A stretch of DNA of 63,968 nucleotides, counting the filler, from Octopus bimaculoides (taxonomy: Eukaryota), in assembly GCF_001194135.2 (NCBI RefSeq). It is 5 parts of 5 records of this genome, joined end to end, with 100 filler letters (N's around TTAATTAATTAA, not from the genome) between each part and the next. Parts side by side here need not be neighbours in the genome. Positions count along the whole stretch, not along the records: positions 1 to 31,700 come from NC_068987.1; 4 more parts are not named here. One strand, 5' to 3'. The stretch's first letter is position 1. The number at the start of each line of letters is the position of its first letter. Positions 1-13,546 of the stretch are shown piece after piece. The notes under the pieces are model-generated. The model ran no database searches. It saw only the letters and a program-made list of their open reading frames with translations, and was not told the origin of the DNA. The position numbers and the translations under genes were made by a program.

Positions 1-32
1 GCGTCTTTGTCCCATTCTTTATTATCCATACA

Positions 33-63
<31 letters not shown>

Positions 64-283
64 CCGGAAGGAACAGTAGCTAAAGGACAAAATTATTTTT
101 ACGATTTAAAATAACTGAATGTCAGATACTTGTTTGGTTTCGGGTGCAATTAATTTTGCAAAGAAGAATCGCAAAGCTTTGATTTGCCACAAATGGAACC
201 TTCAAGTACGAAACAATGCGTGCAAGTATACTTCTATGTTTGACAATGTGTGTATCTATCGTTCTATGTATCTATGTGTAAAT

Positions 284-314
<31 letters not shown>

Positions 315-2152
315 CGCAACCCTACATATATATATATATTGGAGCAATATCGAGAATAACCAGCCGAAATTGCAAGGATAATCTGGATGTCGACTGAAGA
401 AAGAAAACTCCGAATGACCTGTATGAGAAGAAATCAACCAGCAAACATTCATATTATAAATACAGTCTGAAAGAAGGACATTAAAGATATGCAAAACTTT
501 TGTATCTTGGAAAATATTACGTTGTTTTTGTTTTGTACATTCTTAACTAACAGCGTGACACAGAATCTGACAAAGCTGACCCTTTGGATTACAGGTACTA
601 CACATTTTTGCCAGCTGAGTGGACTGGAGCAACGTGAAATAAAGTGTCTTACTCATGGAGACGATACGCCGCCGTTAAACGAACTCACGACTTTAGAATC
701 ATCAGACAAATACCCTAACCACTAAGCCACGCGCCCTCATCCATACATACATACATACATACATACATACATACATACATACATACATACATACATACGT
801 GTACCATTATCGGCAGCACACCAACGCAACTGACGAAGGCAGTCCAAGGGGCGCTTTCTAGCTGCTCTGGCAATCGGTAATTGTCACTGAACACATCTCA
901 CTTTCCTACATATAGGGACAAACATCTAAACACGTAAAGATGAGATGCATACGTGTGAGAAACGCCAGAGCAATACGGCCATAACTAACGAAGCATTTTT
1001 AATCTAATGCAATACATATTATTGTTCTCGACATCTTACTCAGTCTGAAGTTGTTCTTAAGTTATCTAATTGAAAGTGACTTGAAGATAATAACTTGCTT
1101 TTCTATTACATATATGCATACAATCAAGTATATATATATATATATATATATATATATNNNNNNNNNNNNNNNNNNNNNNNNNNNNNNNNNNNNNNNNNNN
1201 NNNNNNNNNNNNNNNNNNNNNNNNNNNNNNNNNNNNNNNNNNNNNNNNNNNNNNNNNNNNNNNNNNNNNNNNNNNNNNNNNNNNNNNNNNNNNNNNNNNN
1301 NNNNNNNNNNNNNNNNNNNNNNNNNNNNNNNNNNNNNNNNNNNNNNNNNNNNNNNNNNNNNNNNNNNNNNNNNNNNNNNNNNNNNNNNNNNNNNNNNNNN
1401 NNNNNNNNNNNNNNNNNNNNNNNNNNNNNNNNNNNNNNNNNNNNNNNNNNNNNNNNNNNNNNNNNNNNNNNNNNNNNNNNNNNNNNNNNNNNNNNNNNNN
1501 NNNNATATATATGCAGTCGTGCGTGTGTGTGTGTTTGTCTTTGTGTGTGTGGATAAATATATATAGATATATGAGATAAAAGAAAAAGTAATAATGAATA
1601 GACAGAGATAGAAGGGAAAGTGCGAGAGAGTTGGAAGGGAGAGAAAGTGAGATGGGCAACAGACAAAGAAAGTGTGTAAATGGAGACAAATAAGAGATTC
1701 TGCAGACAGTGTAGATGTATGGATGCAAGAATTGTTCATAGACATTACGCATAAATTGAAAAGATGCTGTTAAATTGAAATAAAATTAAGAAACGGTCTG
1801 TACTATTGGGTCAAATAATCAATTATCTCACGTTGGAAAATAAATAAAGCAGATGTACTATGTATAGCGTTGCAAATTAGATAAAGAAATGAAGTCATAT
1901 TTGTTGGTCAATGTGCATGCGTATATGCGTAATTATATTGTGTCTATGCATATGTACAACGGTAATTCTGTTTACATACGTACATACAAACAAACATACA
2001 CATGCGCACATATATATACATACATACACGTATATATACATATAAATATATGCATAGAAAGAGAAATGCATATAGATATATAAATGTATATATGTAAGTA
2101 TATATATACACAGACACATACAGACAGACACACACACACACACGTACACACA

Positions 2153-2234
<82 letters not shown>

Positions 2235-2581
2235 NNNNNNNNNNNNNNNNNNNNNNNNNNNNNNNNNNNNNNNNNNNNNNNNNNNNNNNNNNNNNNNNNN
2301 NNNNNNNNNNNNNNNNNNNNNNNNNNNNNNNNNNNNNNNNNNNNNNNNNNNNNNNNNNNNNNNNNNNNNNNNNNNNNNNNNNNNNNNNNNNNNNNNNNNN
2401 NNNNNNNNNNNNNNNNNNNNNNNNNNNNNNNNNNNNNNNNNNNNNNNNNNNNNNNNNNNNNNNNNNNNNNNNNNNNNNNNNNNNNNNNNNNNNNNNNNNN
2501 NNNNNNNNNNNNNNNNNNNNNNNNNNNNNNNNNNNNNNNNNNNNNNNNNNNNNNNNNNNNNNNNNNNNNNNNNNNNNNNNN

Positions 2582-2631
<50 letters not shown>

Positions 2632-2892
2632 TGGTGCCTGTGGTTTCAGGACACCATAAATAGAACGAACTTTATTGTATATTGTATTATTGCATGTAAA
2701 CAATGTGCAAAGTTCCGGTTAATTCGATGTTTTTAGAGTGTTTTACATTGGTTTTTCTTAAATTTATTTTCAAATTGTAAATGTTATCATGAATTAGATT
2801 TCAATAACACCCGCTTCAAGGAGTAACACACACATATATATGCATATATGTAAAGTCTGCTTCTTTTTATTAGTATTTTTCAGTAGTCTTAT

Positions 2893-3420
2893 TTTTATCA
2901 TGTGCTTTCACTGCACTACCGAGCGCAGCCATGTGTGGTGTTGGGTATGTGCTGTGGTTTGTTCTGGTGCTCTTATTTTCACTATATTAAAAGTTCTTTA
3001 CGTAGGATGTCTTCGGTGCCTACTGGTTCTATTTTGTGTATGTTATATACATTTGTAAATCCTGGTATTTTGGTTATGTATTTGTTTGAATGTTTCATTT
3101 TTTATCATACCTAATACACCTACAATTATAGAAATAGTTTCTGGTTTTAGGCTTCACATTCGAGTTAGTTACCTCTATTTCCAGATTTTTGTGTTTTGTG
3201 AGTTTCTCCGTTTCTTTGAGAGATATGTTGTTATCTGTTGGTATTGATACATCGATTAGAAGGCATTTTGTTTTTCTTGGTGATCTCTGACCACTATACC
3301 TGGTCTATTAGCCTTGATTTCTTTATCTGTGTATTGCATATCTCAAAGTATGGTTGCTTTCTCATTTTGTGAGACCTTTTCTGTGGCGCACCTATACCAT
3401 CCTTTTTCTGTTGTTATTCA
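2893..3420 (-). mobile_element. R4/Dong-like LINE 3' fragment (restriction-like endonuclease domain)
   Basis: Minus strand reads, with frameshifts, KANRPGIVVRD..CLLIDVSIPTDNNISLKETEKL.K.K.LEIE...IIVGVLG; abuts a (TTA)n run at its truncated 5' end. Confidence 0.75.
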
Positions 3421-3622
3421 TTCGTTATTATTATTATTATTATTTTATGTTTGACTTTTGTTTTGCATTTGTACAAGTTGGATCCAAGTCTCACCCAGAG
3501 ACCTCAAGAGACAACAAGTTAGAAGTTCATGTAGGTGTTATGCCTAGGGTACCATATATTTGGATTTGTACAGTTTTGTTCAAGTGAATGTTTAAGAAAC
3601 CATAAGAAAATTATGTGTTTGC

Positions 3623-3625
<3 letters not shown>

Positions 3626-3693
<68 letters not shown>

Positions 3694-3723
3694 CATCATT
3701 ATTATCATTATTATTATTATTAT
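3626..3723. repeat. (TTA)n microsatellite
   Basis: Direct reading. Confidence 0.95.
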
Positions 3724-6020
3724 ACAGTTTTAGTTTCGCCTTAAATAGTAATGGAAATGGTTAAAAAGCGGAAATGTTTCTCTCACTTTAAAGGAATAAA
3801 TAGCAACCGTCTGAATAGTTTCGAGTCCGCTTAGAGAGAGTATACTTACATTCGGTCAAGGATTGGTGATTGACAGGCATATATAGCCCGTACTAATCTA
3901 GTCACAGCTGACCTGGTTACACCCTACTTTGCATACCAATGCATGCGCTGATCCTGGCGTAATTAAATTCTTTATTAATTATTCACCACACAATGTTTTC
4001 TCCTACCTTTTTTGTCGTGGTGGGTATAATGCTAAATGTAAATTGTTGACGAATATGCAATTTTAGCCTCCCTTTTAAAAAGGAAACCAGATGGTTCGCC
4101 TCCATAGTAACCATTCCTAATCGTTGTGACAAATGTCATTTCTTCGTAGATTTTCATTCATCGGTGGAAGAATGAAGATCTGCGCAAAGAGATTAATATT
4201 ATATCGCTATTTGTAGTATATACAAACTCGGTCACTCTCAAACAAGTCTGTCTTGGAGATAGAAACTGCTGTTATTTCCGTGGTATGAAGATGGGTCTTC
4301 TTACTTGCTATATGCTTAAAACGAATAAAAATTAGTCTGATATCAAGGTGGTAACAAGGTCTTTATAATTTTCACATCTGTATTTTTTTTATAGCTAACT
4401 TACTGATATAGGAAAATACGAAAAACTTCATATTTGGTCAAACTTCTAAGGCAGTTAGATTTTGATATAGGATTCTTTGTGCAATGATATGGACTCAATA
4501 TATACATCAATATATAGAGATATTGATATCGTGTCAGTAATTCAACAGTCAAATTAAAAAGTTTTGTAATGTCTGTTTGAAGTGGCTGTTAAAACGAAAG
4601 CATACAAACTTTGAAACTCTTCAAGCGATGGTGTTTTCAGGTGAAAGTTTCTACAAGAAAACATCATGAAATAAATATCACTTAAGTAATGATATCAACA
4701 TAGTCGAATATATGCTTTCTTCCAAAATACAATGCACTTGAGGCAAATTTAGAAATCCTTGCATTGAAGCTACATGCATTCAGCTCATCACGTGCGAGTT
4801 ATTTAGCGAGAAGCCTCTCGTTAGTTTTCTTGCAGTATTTTAATGCACCTACTAACGTGACTGCTTCAGGGAAAATACTTGAACAAATGCGCTATATATG
4901 TTTGTGTGTATGGCTTTGTATGTATGGTTTTGTGTGTGTGAGCAGGCGCGCGTGTGTATGTGAGCATGTGTGTGTATTGGTGTACTGATATGCGTGTATG
5001 GGTTTGTGTGTATGTAGAAATTTCATACATATATATAAATGTAGGCAATATTTTTTACAAATATATGGTGAAATATTCACATATATATACATACATATAC
5101 ATACATACATGCATATATATATATATATATAAGATCCAAAGATCGAGGTGTAGGAAGAAAGTCAGCTTCACGTTAACCGTAGTAGTAAATATAAGAAATA
5201 ACTTTCAGGGACAATAGTGATTTACTGAGACGGAAGTGTGGAATTGTTTCTTATTAACGGATTGTCTTAATGAAGGCAGAAGTGTAATTTTTACCTGCAA
5301 ATATCGATCACTAAATCTCTCCTCAAAATACAAATAACAATAGCTCCATCCTGCTATTCTCCTAAACATCATAAATTTTCCCTTATTTACCCTCATTACT
5401 ACTATATATTAAACCAACTTTATATCTTCCCTTTAGTTGCTTTCTTTCATTTACATACTTCTCTGTGTATCTTTCCTTGCCATTTCTAATTTTTTTGTCT
5501 TATTCTTCCCTTTAATTCATTATTGTCATTTACTTCTCTCTATATCTTTCTTTATAATTTATAGATATCTTTTTTGTCTTATTTCACTTACCTTCCCCCT
5601 TCTACCCCCTTGTAAACTTACAAGTACATACGCCAACATACACCTCTACTACTTCATACTGTAAACACTCTCCCCACATATAATATACACTCCTTAATTG
5701 ATTGCTAGTGGGAGCTGGCATGATTCTTACCCATACTACCTTGCAGGATTCTTGTGGCTTTCGCTACTGTTTACAATTGTCTTTAAAAAAAAAATTTTTT
5801 ATGTCTCATATAGATGTAATTTTTGACGCTGAATCCGAATTTGTTATTCATTCATTCTAGAAAAATTTTGCAAAAATGTTACAGGAATTCAAAGTTTGAT
5901 CATTTTCAGAATATTCAGCCAATCAGAAAATAGTGCATTCGCTGTCTCTTCCATCGTCGGTGGGGTGATGGGCACCAGCATGTCAAAACATTAAACTAGC
6001 TGCAGTAAACTTAAAAACAT

Positions 6021-6325
6021 GAAAACATTCGCGAGCAAATTAAATATTTAAAAGCTGCGAACAAACCAACAGGAGTTGCTAGAAATAACAGTCAAAAACA
6101 TTAAAATATACACGAGCAAAGTTAACATTAAAATATCCGCGAGCGAATTCAATATTTAAAAGCTACGAACAAACCAACAGGGATTGCTAGAAATAACAGT
6201 CAAGACATTAACATGTACACGAGCAAAGTAAACAGTGAAAACAGTGAAAAACATTCGCGAGCAAATTAAATATTTAAAAGCTACAAGCAAACCAACCGGA
6301 GCTGCTAGAAATAACAGTCAAAACA
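6021..6325. repeat. About three copies of a 110-120-bp tandem repeat next to the Merlin remnant
   Basis: Recurring CGCGAGCAAATTAAATATTTAAAAGCT.CGAACAAACCAACAGG..TTGCTAGAAATAACAGTCAA. Confidence 0.85.
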
Positions 6326-6359
6326 TTTCTTAAAACAGACATTTAGTAGTTTAAAGAAT

Positions 6360-6623
6360 TCAAGAACGAGAGTTTGCAATACACTCTAGGATTTTATAAA
6401 ATAAATTATGTTTCCCATAGTTTCTTCTCCACATAAATTCATGAAAATAGGAGTCAACCATGGAACGGTGTAATCCACACCGGCATTTGTTTCCACGCTT
6501 TAAAGATACCCAGGTACTCTCAATTTGTTGATTACACTCAATTTGGTAATTACACTCATTGTACGCATGTACAGCATCTTTGGTTACTATGAAAACAGAG
6601 TTATTCGACACGGTGGTGTGCAA
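6360..6623 (-). mobile_element. Merlin (IS1016/IS1595-like) transposase C-terminal remnant
   Basis: HTTV...QQIESTW..LK...G..R....SYFHEFMWRRNYG...F..IL fits the ISXO2-like DDE C-terminus; element boundaries not resolved. Confidence 0.75.
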
Positions 6624-7298
6624 AATACTGGCTTCTGATTGGCTAAAATACCCAAATTTTGTAAATTTTAAAGGCTAAAAACTTTTTAATTGTGGATTTA
6701 TAGGAAAAATGAATTTCATTTTCATGATTAGTATACAAAACTTAATCCATAAGCCCGTTTAGAGTTGCATCTCTTTGGTACATCTCATCGAAAATAGTCA
6801 AGAAGCTTGAAACATCGATGTCTAAGATTCCGAACAGATGGCGAAACTGAACGGACTGGGTGTTTTTACACCTTTTACCGTAAGAGAGATTTTTTTTCTA
6901 CGGTAACTGTAGTGTATTTGCCTTTTAGCAGTTGAAATATATGAAAAATATATTTCAACTTAGCTACTTCGGCTCATACATAAATACTGCTTAGCGCTAA
7001 TAATTCGTTATATATGTATATCTATTACCTATTACTTGTTTCAGTCACTAGCCTGCAGTTATGCTAATGCACCGCATATATATGTATATTAATATTTGTG
7101 TTTTTTTTATCTTCAGTGATAATAAAAACAATTTGGCATTAATCTGACAGGCCACTACATACGTATATAGAGTACAGATTTATTATTCTGAAACAAGGAT
7201 TTTGTTGGGAGTAAATTCGAAGTTTCGATTAGCTAAGCCAGCTTTGAAATTCTTATTTATACACACACACATACACACACCACTCACACACACACATA

Positions 7299-7339
<41 letters not shown>

Positions 7340-7599
7340 ACACACAGAAGGAGGAGAGAGACAGAATATAAGTGAGAGAAGCAAAAGTTCCTTGGGGAAG
7401 AGTTCATGTATCGCTTTGTTTTACACATAGACACGTGCACCCACAAATTCACACACAGACAAACACACAAACACACAGATACACACACAAATATACACAC
7501 ACATTTAATACACCCGCCCATTCGCATATCATATATCATATATCCTTAATCATCTATGAGTAGAAATGTTTTATAACTCTGTATCATGTCTAGTTATTA

Positions 7600-7700
7600 T
7601 TAAATCTATTTGGTGAAACAAATAATTCAATCAAAATTTCGGAGTGAAAACGTCTGGAAAAGTTTTGATCGGTGTACGGAGATAACTGTCTATGATATAT
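7600..7700 (+). mobile_element. Possible mariner N-terminal remnant
   Basis: Only a short SVYGDNCL motif, resembling the mariner HTH region. Confidence 0.3.
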
Positions 7701-8929
7701 ATATATATATGAAAACATAATAGTTATAGATAATGTGCGCTTCTTGCAGAAATCTAACAATTTTGTATTTATGGAAACATATAATATCAAAATATGCGCG
7801 ATATTGACGCTAAAACCCCACAAAAATCTTTAGTATTATTTTAAGCNNNNNNNNNNNNNNNNNNNNNNNNNNNNNNNNNNNNNNNNNNNNNNNNNNNNNN
7901 NNNNNNNNNNNNNNNNNNNNNNNNNNNNNNNNNNNNNNNNNNNNNNNNNNNNNNNNNNNNNNNNNNNNNNNNNNNNNNNNNTATATATATATATATTATA
8001 GTGATAAATATGTATTTAAACTATGCGCTAATGCTATAAATATCGTATGTTTTGCGACTGTCATCAAAAACAGATGCATCAATGAAGGCACATTTGTCTT
8101 ATTGATTTTACAATATGCTGAGAATTAACGTTGTGAAGTTTATCACTATTCTGTGCGTAAGCAAGAAGGTGTGGTTAAGTATTTCGGTTAATTATTCACA
8201 TGTTTCTGTATTCGTTCTTACTACTGCCAAGGCATCTATTTATCCACCCTCAGATTGAGCAATGTCCAATGAGGCAGATTTGTGTAGATGTCTTTATTAT
8301 TTCAAACAAATCAAGTTAGCACTTAATGGGTGTCTATTTGTCTCGCGTAGTTAGCTTGCCTGTGGCAAATTGGCCCTCATGTACCTCGATGGCTGGCTTG
8401 TGCTAATTTGAATTGTCTATGGCTATATGACTCACCTTTAATTTGTTGAACTCTCTGCATAAATTTGGTTCTTCCATGATTTGCTGGCTCGCCTGTGTAA
8501 AGTGGTTGCTTGTGCATATTTGTTTCCTCTATAGAAGTTGCCTCATCTGTTGCAAGCTTGCTCATCCGTGAATAGTTCGTCTACCTGTGATAAATTAATT
8601 CGTTTGTGCCCTGTCTTACCTGTACCAAGTTGGCTTACTATACCAATTCGGCTCATTGCGCCAGTTCGGTTCCCTGCGCCAAATTGGATCGCACCTACCG
8701 AGTTGACTAACATGTGCCTGCACTCTTCAGAGTTGATATACTTTCTGCTTGACGGATGTTTTTATTTTTTGTTGAAGATTTAGTGCCAGGTCTGCTCTGA
8801 TAGAAGCGATCTATAACCAAATAGCATAACGTGAATTATATATCTGAGCGTGTTCCTTTCAAATATAAAGACAACAACGTGTAATTTGAGGGATATTTGG
8901 GGTGTTATTTCCAGAAGATTTGATTTGAT

Positions 8930-9105
8930 TTTTCTCAAACGAGAACAACTTCGACCAAGATCAAAAAGTTAACTGAAGAAATGACAGATGGCTATGTGAA
9001 GACCCTTCTGAAGTTCCAAGTGTTATGCATACAAAATTTTCTGCAACTGTCATGGTTTTAGGGATTGTCAGCAATGAAGAACATGTAATGCTTCTTTATT
9101 TCTTT
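8930..9105 (+). mobile_element. Tc1/mariner (maT-like) transposase fragment
   Basis: FSNENNFDQDQKVN*RNDRWLCEDPSEVPSVMHTKFSATVMVLGIVSNEEHVM. Confidence 0.75.
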
Positions 9106-9530
9106 CCAAACTAACAACGGAGCTTGAAGCAGTCCAACGCCACTATATTATAAAACGGAAATAGTGCAACTTTACTCCCTGAAGCGAAGGCGCGACAGAT
9201 ACGCAATAATTTATATATAGAAAACTCTAGAGGGGCTAGTACCTAACTTCGGCATTGAGTGTTATACAAACGCCAGAACTGGCCGCCATTGTATTATACC
9301 AAAGCTACTATCCGCTCCATCTAAATTCAGGACCAGGTACTGCAATAGTCTAGAGTTCAAAGGCCCACAGCTTTTCAATGCCCTGCTACAAAAATTTTAA
9401 TATTTGCATAAGGTGGAAGATGTTTTCAAAAAGGAACTAAACATCCTCCTCTTCACTGTACCGGATGAACCAACAGCCCGACATGAGGTGCAGACGAAGG
9501 CAGCGGAATCAAACTCCCTGATACACCAAA
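9106..9530 (+). mobile_element. L2/CR1-like LINE 3' coding fragment
   Basis: ELEAVQRH...LYSLKRRRDRY...FKGPQLFNAL...VPDEP...AAESNSLIHQM, typical of the region after RT in CR1/L2-group LINEs. Confidence 0.7.
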
Positions 9531-10799
9531 TGGGTCAACAGCTGCGACAAAGGCACATACAGGAGTGGTGATGTGGAATACCCCAGACTGAGGAAGTCAA
9601 AAAGTCCACGGTGATGCTCCAGCATGACCGCAGCCGCATGGCTGAAACGAGTAAAAGAGTAAATATATAAATATATATGTATATATAATGCAGACATATA
9701 CACACACATATACTCTACCAACATACACATCCACGTGTACAAACTTATAGCATTACACAAATAAATGTGAAACTTATAAACCAACTTTCGTAAAACACAT
9801 AGCCTGCTCTATAAAATGAAATTTCCCTCAACTGGGGATTGAAACGCGAATGAGGATTTACGTTAATAGAAACTTTCTTGCTACACCACAAACCTTTGTG
9901 TTTATATTGCTTTTTACTGTTTTTTCCCTCTTTTATTTATCTTTCAGCTTTTTTTTATTATCATTTTCGAAATATCATGAGAATAATTATCTCCAATCTG
10001 TAACCCATTTATATTTCATGGCTACGCACACGTCTGAAATGTCAGATCGACTAGATATAATTCATCTTTAAATCATTTACATTGTACACATACATAATCG
10101 ATAAGGGAGTATAGACGCTAATGGCCCCGTTGTCTTTAGGACAGCTTATTGATTTTCTGGTTATGCAACTAATGTCCTTATGATTTGAGAAAAAAGTATG
10201 AAAATCACAACCTCTCATTTCGTCTCAAGTCAGAAATATAACAATGTTTGTTATAAATTTTGTTGAAGTTTACCACATGAAATTGACACTCTGTTGGTTG
10301 GTTACAACGACAGGGGTTCTTCTTGATCCTGTCAACGCAACAGTCTGCTCAAGAACTTAGCGTGCAAGTCGATGAGCACTTGACAGACACGCGTACTCTT
10401 AACGTAGCTCTCTTGGAGTTTCAGCGTGACACAAAATGACAAGAGTGACTCTTTGAAACGGGTGTACTATTCATTTTTGTCAACTGAGCACCGTGAAATA
10501 AAGTGTCTTACTTGAGGACACAGCGCGCCGCCGTGAATCGAACCATGAGCTGAATACCCAAACCACTAAGCCGCGTTCCTTTATACCACTAGATAACTGA
10601 TGATTAAAAATGATTGCATGCGTGACCATCTGGTTTTCTGGGGGTTTTTTTTCAATCTCCGACATAGTCAATCGATACTCGACAGACACGACAGGCCACC
10701 TTCTAAAATTTTAAAAACTATCTCCCCAGTCTTTCAACGTATATATGTATGTGTGTGTATGTTTTTATGAATGTATGTATTCTTTTATTCTTTTTTTTT

Positions 10800-11180
10800 T
10801 TCATTTTGTTTCATTCATTTCAATGCGGTTATGTTGGAGTACCACCTTGAAGGGATTTTGGTCAAACAAATCGATCCCAGGGTTTACTTTTTAAAGCCCA
10901 GTACTTATTTTGTCGATCAATTTTGCCGAACCGCTAGTTTATGAAGACGTAAACACACCAGTTGTCAAGTGGTGATGGTGGGGACAAACGCACACACACA
11001 CATATATATATGTATGTGTATGTACATATACACTCATATACATATATACGACAGGCTTCTTTCAGTTTCTGTCTACCAAATCCACAAAGCTTTGGTCGGT
11101 CCAGGCTATAGTGGAAGACACTCACCCAAGGTGCCATGTGGTTGGGAAGCAAGCTTCTTACCACACAGCTGCGCTTTTGA
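10800..11180 (-). mobile_element. SINE family A
   Basis: Reverse complement of family A; abuts the truncated mariner. Confidence 0.75.
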
Positions 11181-11210
11181 CTATGTTTGTATGTATGTAT
11201 TTATGTAGCA

Positions 11211-12088
11211 TCGCAGATGTGCATGCAGCAGTGAGGGGAAATCGTCGAATCACCATCCGTGAGTTATCGGAGGATGAGCAGATTTGTTACGGTTCAGTTC
11301 AGTCCATCATCACTGAAGATTTGAGTATGAGACGCGTGTCTGCCAATTGCGTGTCAAAATGCTTTCAGCTGACCAAAAAGACACTCGGGTTTCAGTTGCA
11401 CAAGATCTCCTTGATTGGGTTGCGAACTATGAAAACATTTTGAAAACGGTCATAACGGGTGATGAATCATGGGTCTATGACCCCGAAACAAAGACTCAGT
11501 CTTCGCCGTGGAAGACCCCCCCCCCCCAATCTCTCCGAGACTGTAGAAAGCACGAATGAAGCGAAGCAATGTGAAGCCACTGTTGACCGTTTTCTTCGAC
11601 CACAAGGGGATTGTTCATCATGAGTATGCTCCACCTGGTCAGACAGTAAACAAAGATTACTACCGTGACGTTTGAGGCGTTTGTAGGATGCTATTCGTCG
11701 GAATAGGCCATAATTACATGTGTCCGGTGAATGGCAGTTGCACAATGACAACGTGCATGCTCATTCAACGCAGCTTGTGCGGCAGATTTTGGCTAGGCAC
11801 AGCAATCCCCAGGTTCCAACAGCCACCATATCCCCCAGATCTCGCTCCTTGCGACTTTTTCCTCTTTCCAAAAATCAAATCCCGCTTGAAAGTAAGAATG
11901 CAAAGAGGCAGCTTCTGATTATCCCAGAAAACTTGTTCCATGAATGCTTCCATCAACGGACACAAAGCTGGGTTAAGTGTGTGGCTTCCGGAGGGGACTG
12001 CTTTGGAGGAGATTAAATGCCAAATCGGCACGTGTTGTAGTTGTGTCTTTATAGCACCAGTCCGGATACTTATTGATCAGAATTCGTA
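11211..12088 (+). mobile_element. Decayed mariner transposon (DD34D type), left end missing
   Basis: Fragments RRITIRELSE, ITGDESWVYDPETK, LHNDNVHAH, PPYPPDLAPCDFFLFPKIK across frameshifts; right TIR AGTCCGGATACTTATTGATCAG...TCG followed by TA. Confidence 0.92.
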
Positions 12089-12781
12089 CACGTCTTCTCA
12101 CCTAACACTGTTCTGCCGTAGTTACATAGCGCTTAGTGCAGTTGACATATGACACGTAACATCAACGGAGGCATGATATGGTCAAGTAGCTCACGGGCTT
12201 GCCCACATCGTATCGTAATACATAATCAGTACTTCACATCAATAAGAACAGATATCCGTTAACTGAAGTAAGAAAGAGAGACTAAGTTTTCATGCTCCAT
12301 CCCAGTCCTAGAACATTAGCAATATAAATAAAATGATATAGCTATGAGTGAAAAATTTAATCATCTTGCAATCTTTATTCTCTGACAACTTACAAATTCA
12401 ACGAATCATTTTAACTATGCATTCAAGGAATCTATTTTAAGGAAAAGTAATTAAATATCATGACATACACACCTTTTGCTGAGGCACTATCGAACATAAG
12501 TGAAGTCAAATTCGTTCAGCTACTGACTGAAACTGCATTGTACTTCTCCTAACTTGCGGAAAACTTCTCTACAGCGCTCTGCTGCTGCTATCTGAAAGCG
12601 CCAACAGCTAACCTTAATGTATCTATATTAAGATGAACAGATGTGCGTGAATGTCCATTGAATATAAATTCTTTCGCCCCTAAAACGTCTATAATTACGC
12701 CATGTTTGTAGCAGAGAATCATTCATCCCACTTGTGCACTAGTTTATTTTAGCATTGGAATTAAACAGAATACTTCACACT

Positions 12782-12785
12782 ATCT

Positions 12786-12826
<41 letters not shown>

Positions 12827-13009
12827 GCGTGCGCGTGTACGTGCGTGTATATATATATATATATATAAATACATAGATAGATAGATAGATACAAACATAT
12901 ATACATACATACATACATGCATACATAGACCAATAATAATATTTATCTGCACATATATATTGTATGTATATATATGTATATATGTGCGTGTGTGTATGTA
13001 TTTATATAC

Positions 13010-13082
<73 letters not shown>

Positions 13083-13209
13083 TACATATACATGTATATT
13101 TATGTATATATATGTGTACATATATGTGTGTGTGTGCGTGATTGCGTGTGTGATGTGTGTTCGTGTATGTATGTGTGTGTGTGCATGCGCATGAGTGTGA
13201 GCATGTGCG

Positions 13210-13285
<76 letters not shown>
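12782..13285. repeat. Compound (TG)n/(TA)n/(GATA)n microsatellite block
   Basis: Direct reading; similar blocks occur throughout and flank most N gaps. Confidence 0.95.
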
Positions 13286-13507
13286 CGGTATACATATCTC
13301 GCAGAATTCGCTAGTCAACAGCTAACCTATTATATATCAAACTGTTGACAACTGCATAAAAGAAAAAGAAAAGTTTACGCTGGCTGAGAGCAGGGATTTA
13401 TAATCACCTCCAACTGGTTGCTTGGTTGTTTTTAATAGCAAACATCTAACTACACAGTTTGATGTTAATCAAATGTTCACATTTGTATGATTTCTGTCTG
13501 TCATCCT

Positions 13508-13546
<39 letters not shown>

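Noticed and set aside
410-445. Hammerhead-like CTGAAGA...CGAA
   Set aside because: No convincing stem II, no GAAA, and no stem I or III.
1051-2703. Long ORFs spanning N runs (also at 13.5, 22.7, 27.7, 34.1, 38.0 and 61.7 kb)
   Set aside because: They are open only because N codons are not stops; the flanks are microsatellites.
6021-6325. CRISPR-like array
   Set aside because: Eukaryotic context; these are long contiguous tandem units with no unique spacers and no cas genes.
12761-13348. YI/CV/HT-repeat ORFs here and elsewhere
   Set aside because: Translations of (TA)n, (TG)n and (CA)n microsatellites.
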